Source: Candidatus Nanoarchaeia archaeon | GTDB taxonomy: Archaea > Nanobdellota > Nanobdellia > Woesearchaeales > GW2011-AR4 | Reading direction: 5' to 3' | DNA: 64,000 bases | NCBI GenBank assembly: GCA_035288865.1 | Contig: DATDZA010000016.1 | Coordinates: forward strand, 3,945-67,944 | In this document: positions 32,837 to 42,687 of the stretch, piece by piece | Numbering within the stretch: position 1 is the first letter of the stretch | How the letters are laid out: each line of letters begins with the position of its first letter | Translations under genes and position numbers: made by a program | Notes under the pieces: model-generated | Told to the model about the DNA's origin: nothing | Seen by the model: the letters and a program-made list of their open reading frames with translations, nothing else | The model's database searches: none

Positions 32837-33290
32837 ATGTTTTTTTAATGACGATTGATGAACCGAGTTTTTTCACCTGGCTGAAAGGAATTGTAGCTTT
32901 GCGAAAAAATGTGCGTTTTACCAGAAGCGATTCAATATCGTTAGTTTGGTTCACCCTGCGCACTTGCCGGACCTTTCCAAACTCTTTGCCATCAGAGCTT
33001 ATGACCTTGCACCCGACATATAACAATACAGGCTCTATTCCGAGAAGGACTGCATCATTGGTTATTTTTTCTATGTAGCGCTTGCACATGTAGCATGGCG
33101 CCCGAAACAAGCCGCGATTGACAACAACGCCTTCAAAAACTGCAGTTGTTGGATTCAATCTCACTTCCTTGACTTTCCCAAGCACCTCGCCCGATACTGT
33201 GAGCACCCTAAGCCCCACTACGTCGTGGGCGTTTCGTGTTTCCTTTAACAGCAAGCTATTTTCAATATATTTATCAATATGTTTTCCCAT
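32808..33290 (-). CDS. PRC-barrel domain protein (two PRC-like repeats)
   Basis: Motifs GLRVLTVSGEVLGKVKEVRLNP and GCKVISSDGKEFGKVRQV. Overlaps the downstream paralog by 29 nt. Confidence 0.6.
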   Translation of the reverse strand: MGKHIDKYIENSLLLKETRNAHDVVGLRVLTVSGEVLGKVKEVRLNPTTAVFEGVVVNRGLFRAPCYMCKRYIEKITNDAVLLGIEPVLLYVGCKVISSDGKEFGKVRQVRRVNQTNDIESLLVKRTFFRKATIPFSQVKKLGSSIVIKKTFAEASKRGA

Positions 33291-33297
33291 AATAACC

Positions 33298-33927
33298 TCA
33301 AAATAATCCTTTTAGCGCATAAACTCCAAGTGCTATACCTGTAAACTTTATAAAATTACCGATGACAATTAGTAAGAAAAGCCGTTTTCTATTATAGCGC
33401 ACTGTGCCCAGTCCGACAGTCAACACGTCACTTGGTGTAGCTGGTAAAACATTGAGTATGAGTATTGCATAGGCTCCCCACCGGTTTACTTTACGCCGTA
33501 CGCTAAAAAATGTTTTTGCGGAGAGCAGATACATAATCTGCTTACTGAGTTTCAAGCCAACTAAGTAACTAACGATATGGCCAACTAAAGAACCAGCGAG
33601 TGCCACAAAGATAAGCAACACCACTGAACCCCCATTGTTGATGCCGAAGTAAAATGCCAATTCTGCTGGTATTTGAAAAAATATCATAGTGCTAAGCATG
33701 CAAAAAATGAATAGTTTTAATGGACTGGTATTATGGATCATGTCAGGCACGTAGCGGCTATACCATGGCGCCGCTAATGGAAACTCACGAGCCAGTCTGA
33801 TATTAAATACAGCCATTACAATACCAGCTAAAATCAGAAGCGCAAGTATGGAAATAGCAATTAACCGCTGCAACCTGTTATTTGAAGTCTCGTAGATAAA
33901 GGGCCCATTCTGCATAGTAACCTGCAA
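33298..33927 (-). CDS. DedA/VTT (TVP38/TMEM64)-like membrane protein
   Basis: 209-aa polytopic protein. The LNVLPATPSDVLTVGLG segment resembles the VTT re-entrant motif. Confidence 0.5.
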   Translation of the reverse strand: MQVTMQNGPFIYETSNNRLQRLIAISILALLILAGIVMAVFNIRLAREFPLAAPWYSRYVPDMIHNTSPLKLFIFCMLSTMIFFQIPAELAFYFGINNGGSVVLLIFVALAGSLVGHIVSYLVGLKLSKQIMYLLSAKTFFSVRRKVNRWGAYAILILNVLPATPSDVLTVGLGTVRYNRKRLFLLIVIGNFIKFTGIALGVYALKGLF

Positions 33928-33991
33928 TAATCCTCATGTTAATAAATGTAGAGGTGCACTAATGGCATGTTTTTATTTTTCAAGTAAACGT

Positions 33992-34471
33992 CTAATTTGG
34001 GATATAATTTAAATTTACTCTTGGGAATCTTGCAGTTAATTTTTCTCGCTCGATATATTCACCAAAGCTAGCAATTGCCAAGGCCATTGCCTTTTTATAT
34101 CCAACACCCTCTTCGTATCTTTCTGGCTGGGAATGAAACATTACCCAAACTGAATGATCCAAATCTCCAATTCTTTGGTCACCATACATATGATTAGTTC
34201 CCATGTTAACTTGAACAGTCACAGCTCCGTTCCTATAATCAAAGAGCCATGTACTATCTCCACTCGTCCTAGGATTAAAAAACGAATCTCTTATCCCATT
34301 TTGCGATGGTGAATTTCTAAATGCTTCCGTCACCATAAAAAATAATTCTGCTCGTTCCCCATATAAAAAAACTGGATAATTGTCCTGAACTTTCAAATAA
34401 GTTCGCAACCTATCTGTATCAGTGCACTTTTTTAATTCATCCAGGTAATTATCAATGGTTGAAACTGACAT
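33992..34471 (-). CDS. Hypothetical protein
   Basis: 159-aa ORF. No motif recognised. Confidence 0.5.
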   Translation of the reverse strand: MSVSTIDNYLDELKKCTDTDRLRTYLKVQDNYPVFLYGERAELFFMVTEAFRNSPSQNGIRDSFFNPRTSGDSTWLFDYRNGAVTVQVNMGTNHMYGDQRIGDLDHSVWVMFHSQPERYEEGVGYKKAMALAIASFGEYIEREKLTARFPRVNLNYIPN

Positions 34472-34474
34472 GAT

Positions 34475-34873
34475 TCATCCAAACTTTCTTTTAAATGATT
34501 TTCTGTCGCCGTAATTCAAAAAATTCTTATGATGCTTCGGCTCTTTAAAACCATTATATTTCTTATGCTTTATTCCACACCAGTATTTTTCTGTTGCACC
34601 GGCAATGGCAACCGCATAATTCAAAAGCCCGTTTGCATATCCGCAATAGGCGCAGTTTAGTTTCTCAACAAGATTAAGATAGTCAAGTTTATGGCGGTCG
34701 ATCCTTATGTAATTCTTCCTCCTAATCAATTCAATTCCGTATAACCTAAAACATATATGCATGTAAATTTCAATAAAAACGTCCAGAGCAACTAATGGAA
34801 AAATCAAAATATAAACAAAGGGAGCTGATAGAACGTGATTAAAGAATCGTCCGGAATATTTTTTAAATTCCAT
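34475..34873 (-). CDS. Hypothetical membrane-associated Cys-containing protein
   Basis: 132 aa with an N-terminal TM helix and NCAYCGYANG..YWCGIKH. Confidence 0.5.
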   Translation of the reverse strand: MEFKKYSGRFFNHVLSAPFVYILIFPLVALDVFIEIYMHICFRLYGIELIRRKNYIRIDRHKLDYLNLVEKLNCAYCGYANGLLNYAVAIAGATEKYWCGIKHKKYNGFKEPKHHKNFLNYGDRKSFKRKFG

Positions 34874-34888
34874 ATGAAATAAAATAGA

Positions 34889-35743
34889 TTAAATCAAAGA
34901 ATTTTTTTCCTTTATGACTTCATAAACTTCCTGTGTCTTCGGAGTTACTTTCTTTGTAACAGTCTTTTTAGGAGTTACTGTTTTTGTTATTGTTCTCTTT
35001 GGTGTTTTGATGGTAGTTACTGTTTTCCTAGGGGTTATCTTCTTGGTTACAACTTTTCCAGCTGATTTTTTTGTAGTTGTTTTCCTTGCGGCCTTTCTTG
35101 ATTTTCTTCTAGACGAAACCTTTCTTCCGGCGTTGAGCTCAATTTTCCTGTTAAGCTGGGACATCCTTCTCCTCTGGCTTTTTAACTTAACTAAAAATTC
35201 CTCGTCTGTCCTTTTGATTGACCTTGCCTTTCTGTTTAGCAAATTCCTGACTTTCCTTATGGATTCCTGTGATTCTCTCACGGCGGAATTCATCTTTCTT
35301 ATCTTTGTTGATAGTGATTTTGAGCTTGGCAATAATTTTTTCAATGCATTGCTGTTAGTCGTTACTTTTTGAGACACTGCCCTGTTGCCTAAATCGATAT
35401 CGTCCAGTCTTTCTTCAAAAGAGCTAAGTTTGCCCGACAAGGTGCCTTCATGCGATTTCAGGCTGTCATTAATCTGTCCGATAGAATTGTTAATGTCATT
35501 TATTGTCGATGTAACAACCGATTCATTTGCCCTCTGCAAATTTATATCAGCCGATGATTTATCAAGAGACTCATTTAAGACCTGTATTTTGCTGTTGAAA
35601 TCAGAAATTCTTTCCTCGACGGAAGCTAGCATTGTCCTAAGGTTGACAAGATTCAGATTAATGTTTGAAATGTCCGAACTAACTAAATTGAAAGACTCCA
35701 TAGTCTTGTTCTTGTGCGCCAAAAAATCTTTTCTCAAACTCAT
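34889..35743 (-). CDS. Coiled-coil protein with a C-terminal basic S/TPKK-type repeat tail
   Basis: The N-terminal 200 aa are heptad-like. The tail reads ITPRKTVTTIKTPKRTITKTVTPKKTVTKKVTPKT, with about four repeats of TP(K/R)(K/R)T. Confidence 0.6.
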   Translation of the reverse strand: MSLRKDFLAHKNKTMESFNLVSSDISNINLNLVNLRTMLASVEERISDFNSKIQVLNESLDKSSADINLQRANESVVTSTINDINNSIGQINDSLKSHEGTLSGKLSSFEERLDDIDLGNRAVSQKVTTNSNALKKLLPSSKSLSTKIRKMNSAVRESQESIRKVRNLLNRKARSIKRTDEEFLVKLKSQRRRMSQLNRKIELNAGRKVSSRRKSRKAARKTTTKKSAGKVVTKKITPRKTVTTIKTPKRTITKTVTPKKTVTKKVTPKTQEVYEVIKEKNSLI

Positions 35744-35945
35744 TTATACCACTCCAGAATAGCAAAAATCTCGTACTATTTAAAGGTTGCGGTTTTGTGG
35801 CGTTTGCCTTTGATAAATTAATATCTAAATTATATTTTCTGGTGAGTCTGATGGGTGTAGGATAATTTACTGTGGAATAATAATAAAATTTGTATAGAAC
35901 CGTTTTCGTGATAGTTTTATAAACAAAAGAAATTTGCTTAAGAGT

Positions 35946-36641
35946 ATGTTAAGCATAATAATACCGGCATTTAATGAGGAAAAATATCTGCCGAGATTAT
36001 TGGACAGCATCAAAAAGCAGACCTACAAAAATTATGAAATAATTATTGCAGATGCTGATTCAAAAGACAATACAAGGAAAATAGCAAAAAGGTACGGATG
36101 CAAAATAATAAAAGGCGGAATACCTGCTGTTGGCAGAAACAGTGGCGCAAAGGCCGCAAAAGGTGATATGCTTCTTTTTATGGACGCTGACTCAGTTATA
36201 AGGGAAAAATTCTTAGAAAGTGCGCTGAATGAAATAAAAACAAGAAAGCTTGACACAACGGGAGTTTATATTTATCCGGACACAAACAGGCTATTGGACC
36301 ATATTTTTCTTGGTATTTATAATTTACTGCTTTTTTCCACACAATTTTATTATCCGCATGCTGTAGGCAGCGGCATATTTTGCAGAAAAAGGCTGCACGA
36401 AGAAGTTAAGGGTTTTGACAGGAATGTTAAGCTAGGTGAGGATGCAGACTATGTCAAAAGATGCGGAAAGGTTGGAAATTTCAGAATGCTCAGAACTGTA
36501 AAGCTTTGCTTCTCCATGAGGCGTTATAAAAAAGGAAGGCTAAAAACCGGATTAGGATTAATAGGCTGGGAACTGCACAGGATTTTTTTTGGGGAAATAA
36601 AAACGGATATTTTCAAATACGAATGGGATTACGGGAAATAG
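35946..36641 (+). CDS. Family 2 glycosyltransferase
   Basis: Motifs LSIIIPAFNEEKYLPRLLDSI, ADADSKDNT and FMDADS (DxD). Confidence 0.85.
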   Translation: MLSIIIPAFNEEKYLPRLLDSIKKQTYKNYEIIIADADSKDNTRKIAKRYGCKIIKGGIPAVGRNSGAKAAKGDMLLFMDADSVIREKFLESALNEIKTRKLDTTGVYIYPDTNRLLDHIFLGIYNLLLFSTQFYYPHAVGSGIFCRKRLHEEVKGFDRNVKLGEDADYVKRCGKVGNFRMLRTVKLCFSMRRYKKGRLKTGLGLIGWELHRIFFGEIKTDIFKYEWDYGK

Positions 36642-36707
36642 AATGATATTTATCAGAAAGCTTACTAAAAATTATAAGAGAATTTTTCAAAAATAAATTG
36701 GGCCGTT

Positions 36708-37283
36708 ATGTCAAGAAAAACAGTCAATGCTTCTAGGTTGGTTGAAATTAAAATAAAATTACTCCACATATTCATGCTGTTGTTATTAACGGTTTTGATT
36801 TTCTCAATAACGAGAAGTATGAATTTTGGAATATTTTTGATTTATGTGTCTATGTATATACTCCTTTTGCATTTCTGGTTAGGCGCATATTACGTGGTAA
36901 AATTCCTTAAATCTAAGGAAAATATTCAAAATTATATTTTAGACGTATCAATTTTGATTTGCCTGTCGCTGGGGGTAATAAACTTTTACAGGATAATAAT
37001 ATGGGGCATTTGGTTTGCATTATTATTTACTCTAGTTCTGGTAAAATACAGGAGTGCTTATTTGTCTTTCAAAGAAGGTAAAATAAAAAGATACATAGCA
37101 AAAAAAATAAGAAACGAGTTTGTTGTACCGCCCGCATATGCACTTTTTGCTGGGCTTGCATATGTTTTCCATGGAAATGATGAAGTTATATTATCACTTC
37201 AAATTTCTATATTATTCTTCCACGTCTTTTTTGCAGTTTGGATGATATTTATCAAGAAAGCATATCTAATTTTAAGCAGCTAA
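36708..37283 (+). CDS. Polytopic membrane protein (hypothetical)
   Basis: 191 aa with five or six hydrophobic helices. Confidence 0.5.
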   Translation: MSRKTVNASRLVEIKIKLLHIFMLLLLTVLIFSITRSMNFGIFLIYVSMYILLLHFWLGAYYVVKFLKSKENIQNYILDVSILICLSLGVINFYRIIIWGIWFALLFTLVLVKYRSAYLSFKEGKIKRYIAKKIRNEFVVPPAYALFAGLAYVFHGNDEVILSLQISILFFHVFFAVWMIFIKKAYLILSS

Positions 37284-40200
37284 ATCTTCAAGCTCACAAC
37301 CTGAGAAATCCCATCTTCATTCATTGAAACTCCGTAAAGAATGTCGGCCGTTGAAATCACATTGTCATTGTGGGATATCATTATGTACTGAGCTTTGTCG
37401 GAATATTTTCTTATAAGCTTTGCAAGCCTCTCGCTGTTGTGCTTGTCAAGGGCGGCATCAACTTCATCAAGCACATAAAATGAAGCAGGCTCATTCTCCT
37501 GTATTGCAAAAATAAATGCAAGCGCTGTCATCGTTTTCTCGCCGCCTGAAAGGCCCCTAATGTCAAGAAATTTGCTACCGCTGATTTTAACATTAACCCT
37601 GACTCCGCCGTCAAATGGGTTCTCCTCATTTTCAATAACCAGGGTAGCGTCTGCCCCCTTGGTTGTGAGCATAGTAAAGAAATTTCTAAAATTATTATTA
37701 ACCACTTCAAATGTTCTCATGAAAAGTTCTTTCTTTTTGCCTTCAATCTCATTCATCATGGCAATTACATCCTCCTTTTCTTTTCCGAGAGTGTCTTTCT
37801 TCTGAAGGAAATCATTGTATTGTTTTTCAGCCTCGTCGTAAACTTCGAGCGCCCTCATGTTCACAGAGCCGATGTCCATCATCAACCTCTCGAATTTAGA
37901 AATTTCACTTTTGAGATGCTCTTCAGTTTTTTCCAAATCAAGCTTTACGCCTTCATACTGGGCAAAATCCTGGTTTAATGCAGCCAAATTGGCAGAAGCC
38001 TCCGCATTTTTTAATGAGTGAAAATTAACTTTTATCTCGACCTGCCTGCTTTCCTCAATAATTTTGTCGATGGCAAGCTCATTTTTCTGCACTTCCTCAT
38101 TTATCTTGCCCTGTTTTGTGAAAAGGCTTTTGAATTTCGTATAAAATTCCTGGGCAAGCTTTTCTTTCTCTTTCAAAAGCACCTCCTTCTGCGACATTGA
38201 TTCCTGCAGCCTTATAAACTCAAAATTAAATCCTTCCTCATCCTTATCCATTCCCTTTAATATTTTCTCAGTTTTATCTTTCTCCGGCAGGAAGATGTTT
38301 ATTATCTGCGCATCAACATTTTTTATTTCGGAGCTTAGTTTGATTATATCTTCCGTGAGCTCCTTGAATTTCTGCTCGAAAGTGTTAAGCTCGGCAAGCA
38401 AAGTTGGATCATTAAGCTGCGCAATTATCCCCCTGAGTTTTTGTTTTTCAATTTTAAGATTTGTCATCTCGCGGTTTGCCTCAGAAATTTTGCTGTTTAT
38501 CTTGTTAATTTCGTTATCGACATCCTTGCCCTTCAATTCATACTCTTTCTGCTGCTGCCTTGAAACATCTGTGTCGCTGGCCTCAAGGTGCATTGAAGTC
38601 TCGGATTTAATTATCTCACCCTCAAGCACTGCTTTCTTCTCCCTTAACTCAGTAATTTTGGATTCATTTTCCGTTCTTCTCCTTTCAAGCACATCAATTA
38701 AATTTGTAAGCTCCTGCAGCTTGCTCTCGTTCTGCTCAAGGCTTTCCGCAACTTCCCTTTCCTTGAACCCAAATGCTTCCTTTTTTCTGTCCCGGAAGCC
38801 ACCGTGCATCGCTCCGCTTGTTTCTGCCACATCACCGTCAAGGGTAACGAACTTTGCCTTGCCGATTCCAAGGCGCGTAGCAACATGGATACTGTCAATA
38901 ATTAAAGTATCAGAAAAAACATACGAGAAAATTTTTCTGAACTTCGAATCATAAGAAACCAAATTGATTGCCAAGTCATGGACTCCTTTCCCGCCGAGAA
39001 GTTTTCTTATTTCATCCGTTGTGTCTCTTCCAGAGACTTTATTCAAAGGCAGAAATGTTGCAGAGCCCAGCCTGTTATCCTTTAGATAATCAATCAGCTC
39101 GGCGGCCAGCTTGTCGCTCTCAACAACGATGCTTTTTATACGTCCACCAGCGGCAACTTCAAGCGCAACTGCATATTTCGAGCTTACATTTCCCAGATCA
39201 GCAACTGTTCCGTAAATGCCAGCCCTTTTATTTTTCAGCTCAAGAATTTTCTTGACTGCCAAATCTCCCCTGTTAAATTCTTTTATTGTTATATCCTTTG
39301 CGCGGAGCTTTGCAACATCCTCGCTTACACTGTTCAGTTTTCTTCGTGATTCAGAAAGCTGTATTGCAAGCGATGAGTCTTCATCAAGGCTTTTGTTAAG
39401 GTCAAGAGTCATTGTCTTGAAAAGCTGCCTCCTGTCTTTTAATGCATCAAGCTGCGTTTTGTTCTCGCGTTCCACGTCAATAACTTTTTTTATCCGGTCT
39501 TCAATGCCGCTAATCTCATGGTTTATCCTGTCTTTCTCCCTTATAAAATTATGCTGGCTTTCCCTCAGAGAAGTAATTTCTTTTTGAAGCTCATCGGCCT
39601 TTTTGTCAATTTCCTCAACTTTTTTTTCCGTGCCGGCGATATTGTCAAGATTATTTTTTTCTTTGAACCTCATTATCTTGGAATTTATAGTTTCCCTGTC
39701 TTTAGTTTTAGAATTAATTTGAGCTTCATAATCTCCCTTTTCATTGTTTAATTGCGCAATTCTTTTTTCTGTGTCGTCAATGCTTGATTTCAGATCTATT
39801 CTTCTCTGTTTAATTTTGCTTAACTCATTTTTTAATGTTTCAATTCTTGAATTATTCTTGGTTAAATCTATTTTTAAAGTTTCAACTTCCTTGTTGAGCT
39901 TTAGCTGCTCGGTTTCCCCTTTTTCCTCAATTTCTTTTGAAATTGCCTCAATCTGCCTCTTTTTTTCTTCATTCTCGGATTTGAGCTTGCTTATTTTCTC
40001 TCTCAAAACTCTTAAATCTCCGTTGCCTGCGTCAATTCTTTCCTGTATTGATTTTTTGTCAGCTTCCCTCTTGTCAATCTGGATTTTCAGGTAAGAGGCC
40101 TTGTTCATTTTTATGGTATCATTCATCTCCTTGTATTTCAGCGCCTGGTCCCTGTCTTTTTTTAATTCCTTGAGATAAGTGTGCCTTTCTGTCAGAATGA

Positions 40201-40867
40201 GGTCAGTCTCCCTCAGGTGCTGCTCAACTTTATCGAGCTCAAGAATTGCCTTATGCTTCTTCTCTTCATACAAAGAAATGCCTGCAATATCCTCTATGAG
40301 CATTCTTCGTTCTTCCGGATGCATCTCAACAAATCTGGTAATGTCACCCTGAAGGATAATATTGTAGCCATCCGGGTCGATTTTTGCCAATGATAAAAGC
40401 CCCGTTATCTGCTGCCTCGTCATGACTTTGTCATTTATCTTGTAAATTGACTGCCCGGTTTCCTTTACTATTCTTGTTATTTTTACTTCATTCTCTTCTG
40501 TCGGAAAAATCCTGCTTGAGTTGTCAAAATAAATGCTGACTTCCCCGTGCTTCGCAGCTTTTTTTGCCTTGCCGCCGTTGTAAATTAAGTTAGCAGATTT
40601 TTCCGCCCTTAAATCCCTTGATGAAGATTTGCCTAGAACAAAACACAAGCTGTCAAGCACATTTGACTTTCCCGCGCCATTTGGCCCAAGAACACAGTTG
40701 AATTTCGGCCCAAAAATTATTTCCGTATGTTTCGCAAAGGACTTGAAACCCTGCATCACCATCTTATTTATTCTGGTTGTAGGTCTAGCTGATTCCGCAG
40801 CAACCACCATCTGCGGCATTCCAGAAGTGTCTATCATACTTTTATCGCTTAAAACCTCTTCTTCCAT
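37280..40867 (-). CDS. smc: SMC chromosome segregation ATPase
   Basis: Walker A GPNGAGKSN, long coiled coils, a hinge (GTVADLG..ALEVAAGG), the signature LSGGEKT and Walker B FYVLDEVDAALD. The exact start codon is uncertain because there are several in-frame Met codons. Confidence 0.93.
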   Translation of the reverse strand: MEEEVLSDKSMIDTSGMPQMVVAAESARPTTRINKMVMQGFKSFAKHTEIIFGPKFNCVLGPNGAGKSNVLDSLCFVLGKSSSRDLRAEKSANLIYNGGKAKKAAKHGEVSIYFDNSSRIFPTEENEVKITRIVKETGQSIYKINDKVMTRQQITGLLSLAKIDPDGYNIILQGDITRFVEMHPEERRMLIEDIAGISLYEEKKHKAILELDKVEQHLRETDLILTERHTYLKELKKDRDQALKYKEMNDTIKMNKASYLKIQIDKREADKKSIQERIDAGNGDLRVLREKISKLKSENEEKKRQIEAISKEIEEKGETEQLKLNKEVETLKIDLTKNNSRIETLKNELSKIKQRRIDLKSSIDDTEKRIAQLNNEKGDYEAQINSKTKDRETINSKIMRFKEKNNLDNIAGTEKKVEEIDKKADELQKEITSLRESQHNFIREKDRINHEISGIEDRIKKVIDVERENKTQLDALKDRRQLFKTMTLDLNKSLDEDSSLAIQLSESRRKLNSVSEDVAKLRAKDITIKEFNRGDLAVKKILELKNKRAGIYGTVADLGNVSSKYAVALEVAAGGRIKSIVVESDKLAAELIDYLKDNRLGSATFLPLNKVSGRDTTDEIRKLLGGKGVHDLAINLVSYDSKFRKIFSYVFSDTLIIDSIHVATRLGIGKAKFVTLDGDVAETSGAMHGGFRDRKKEAFGFKEREVAESLEQNESKLQELTNLIDVLERRRTENESKITELREKKAVLEGEIIKSETSMHLEASDTDVSRQQQKEYELKGKDVDNEINKINSKISEANREMTNLKIEKQKLRGIIAQLNDPTLLAELNTFEQKFKELTEDIIKLSSEIKNVDAQIINIFLPEKDKTEKILKGMDKDEEGFNFEFIRLQESMSQKEVLLKEKEKLAQEFYTKFKSLFTKQGKINEEVQKNELAIDKIIEESRQVEIKVNFHSLKNAEASANLAALNQDFAQYEGVKLDLEKTEEHLKSEISKFERLMMDIGSVNMRALEVYDEAEKQYNDFLQKKDTLGKEKEDVIAMMNEIEGKKKELFMRTFEVVNNNFRNFFTMLTTKGADATLVIENEENPFDGGVRVNVKISGSKFLDIRGLSGGEKTMTALAFIFAIQENEPASFYVLDEVDAALDKHNSERLAKLIRKYSDKAQYIMISHNDNVISTADILYGVSMNEDGISQVVSLKI

Positions 40868-41011
40868 GAAGGGTTTGCTGTATTGGTATTATTTAAAGGT
40901 TTTTGTTGATTTAAAAATGATTTAACACCATAAATCCTATTTGCCCCAGCGATAACTTTTTATACTACTTAGCCAACTGATATACATATTGCACTATCAG
41001 GGGTGGTAGCT

Positions 41012-41533
41012 ATGGAACAGGATTACAAAAACATTATTTCTCATATTGATATAGACCGCACTTTAGACGCTATGCAGCATTTTTCTTTCAGCGGCTGGAA
41101 TGACTCACAAATTCTGGAATTCAGGGATGATACAGAATCCGGCAACGACTCGATCGAACTGCATCTTATCAAATCAAACGCATACAAGGAAGCATTAATA
41201 TTAAAGTTAAAGAAAACAGACCTCATTTATTCAGGAGAATCATGGAAAGAATTGCTTAAAGAGGAGCAAAAGACCTTCGGAGGCAGCAAAATTTTCTACA
41301 TCGACAACGACTGCACCAAGCTGCTGATGCTTTCATTGCCCAATGAAATGAAAGCCAAAGTCAATATGCTGATAACACGGTTGAATAAAATCAACGAGAA
41401 AATATCAAGAGTCAACAGCAAGATAAGAAAGGATAATTTGGATGTGTATAATATAAAAATTAAAAATAAAGAAACATCAGATAAAGAAAAAGATGAGATT
41501 ATTAATTTTATAAATATGAATTTGAAAGTTTAG
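41012..41533 (+). CDS. Hypothetical protein
   Basis: About 173 aa from MEQDYKN. No motif recognised. Confidence 0.45.
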   Translation: MEQDYKNIISHIDIDRTLDAMQHFSFSGWNDSQILEFRDDTESGNDSIELHLIKSNAYKEALILKLKKTDLIYSGESWKELLKEEQKTFGGSKIFYIDNDCTKLLMLSLPNEMKAKVNMLITRLNKINEKISRVNSKIRKDNLDVYNIKIKNKETSDKEKDEIINFINMNLKV

Positions 41534-41600
41534 GATAGTTTTCTTAATAATTTGTTTTTGAATCAAAAATTTTAAATAAGAGGATTGCCTACTCCTAACA

Positions 41601-42683
41601 ATGAATAAATTAGGGCTAGTTGGTTTGGGGCTTATTGCAATACTTTCCCAGCCATTGGAAGCTCAAAGGAGAGCCACGGCTCCTTCAGCTCAGACTTGGC
41701 AAACTCAAAGAGACGTTGAATTCCTAGAATTATACAAAGAAGTAAATGCCCTTGAAGCTAAGCTTGCCAACGAGCCTCCAGAAACGGAGAATAGAGAATT
41801 TACTAAGTTCTACATGGAAAATGGAAAGTTGGTGGGGCAACCGACGATAGCAGGACCGCCAAGCATTAGTGATAAAATATTAGAGACAAAATATTTAAAA
41901 ATCTTAAAATTAGCTTCTCGATTTGGAATCAATTTTGACCCCAATGAAACTGGGATTTTTACATTGGGGGACTATTTAGTCATGAGTAAATTTCTTGAAG
42001 GTTATGCAATATTTAACCAAAATTTAGTCATTGTAACAAGCAACAGCTGGGGTGGAGAGAAATCTGCGGAATATCATTACAGATATCAGGTCTTGAGGTC
42101 TGACCCTGCACCTAATTCAACTTTCAAAATTCTAAAGTCTCCGGAAGTTGCCGACGGACCAATACCATTATTTGAAACTCAAAATTTTAGCGGGATATTT
42201 AGCAAAATAAGACAACTTGAGCGTGATAATAGAATGAAATACGAAGATTCTAATGATCCTAGACATAATTTCAACCAAGTTCCTGAGTTTCAAGGATTAA
42301 ATTATGACAACACAAGAGCTCATTTCGCCTATGCACAGCTAACAAACATAGGAATGATGCTGTTAAAAATGATTGAAGACGGTGAGGAATTAAATGGTCT
42401 TCCAAATCCAAAAATAAACATGCATAAGCCAATTCCGAGCGTTGGAGGAAACAGAATAATTTTGTCTGAAAGAAGCTTTGGTAATACCGGAATAGATTTT
42501 AATGACAAAGATTGGATTAAAAAAGCAGAATATGAAAGAAGCCTTGATGGGGATATAACTTTATCAATTGCTAGCAATGGCACAGTAGATTACTTTTTCC
42601 AGCCCAGCTATAGTATCGCAGGAGAATATAAAAAACCGGTTTATAGAAACCTGAAAATGGAATTCCATAAATTTAATAAATAA
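41601..42683 (+). CDS. Secreted/exported hypothetical protein
   Basis: N-terminal signal-like segment MNKLGLVGLGLIAILSQPLEA. 360 aa. Confidence 0.55.
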   Translation: MNKLGLVGLGLIAILSQPLEAQRRATAPSAQTWQTQRDVEFLELYKEVNALEAKLANEPPETENREFTKFYMENGKLVGQPTIAGPPSISDKILETKYLKILKLASRFGINFDPNETGIFTLGDYLVMSKFLEGYAIFNQNLVIVTSNSWGGEKSAEYHYRYQVLRSDPAPNSTFKILKSPEVADGPIPLFETQNFSGIFSKIRQLERDNRMKYEDSNDPRHNFNQVPEFQGLNYDNTRAHFAYAQLTNIGMMLLKMIEDGEELNGLPNPKINMHKPIPSVGGNRIILSERSFGNTGIDFNDKDWIKKAEYERSLDGDITLSIASNGTVDYFFQPSYSIAGEYKKPVYRNLKMEFHKFNK

Positions 42684-42687
42684 TTTT

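Noticed and set aside
38295-38954. Long antisense ORFs inside large genes. Examples: 38295-38954 and 39744-40094 within smc, 8766-9215 within the ATPase gene, 56934-57491 within pdxS, and 54287-54883 within alaS.
   Set aside because: These are low-complexity Ser/Phe/Leu/Ile-rich mirror translations of well-supported genes on the other strand. They have no motifs or ribosome-binding sites.
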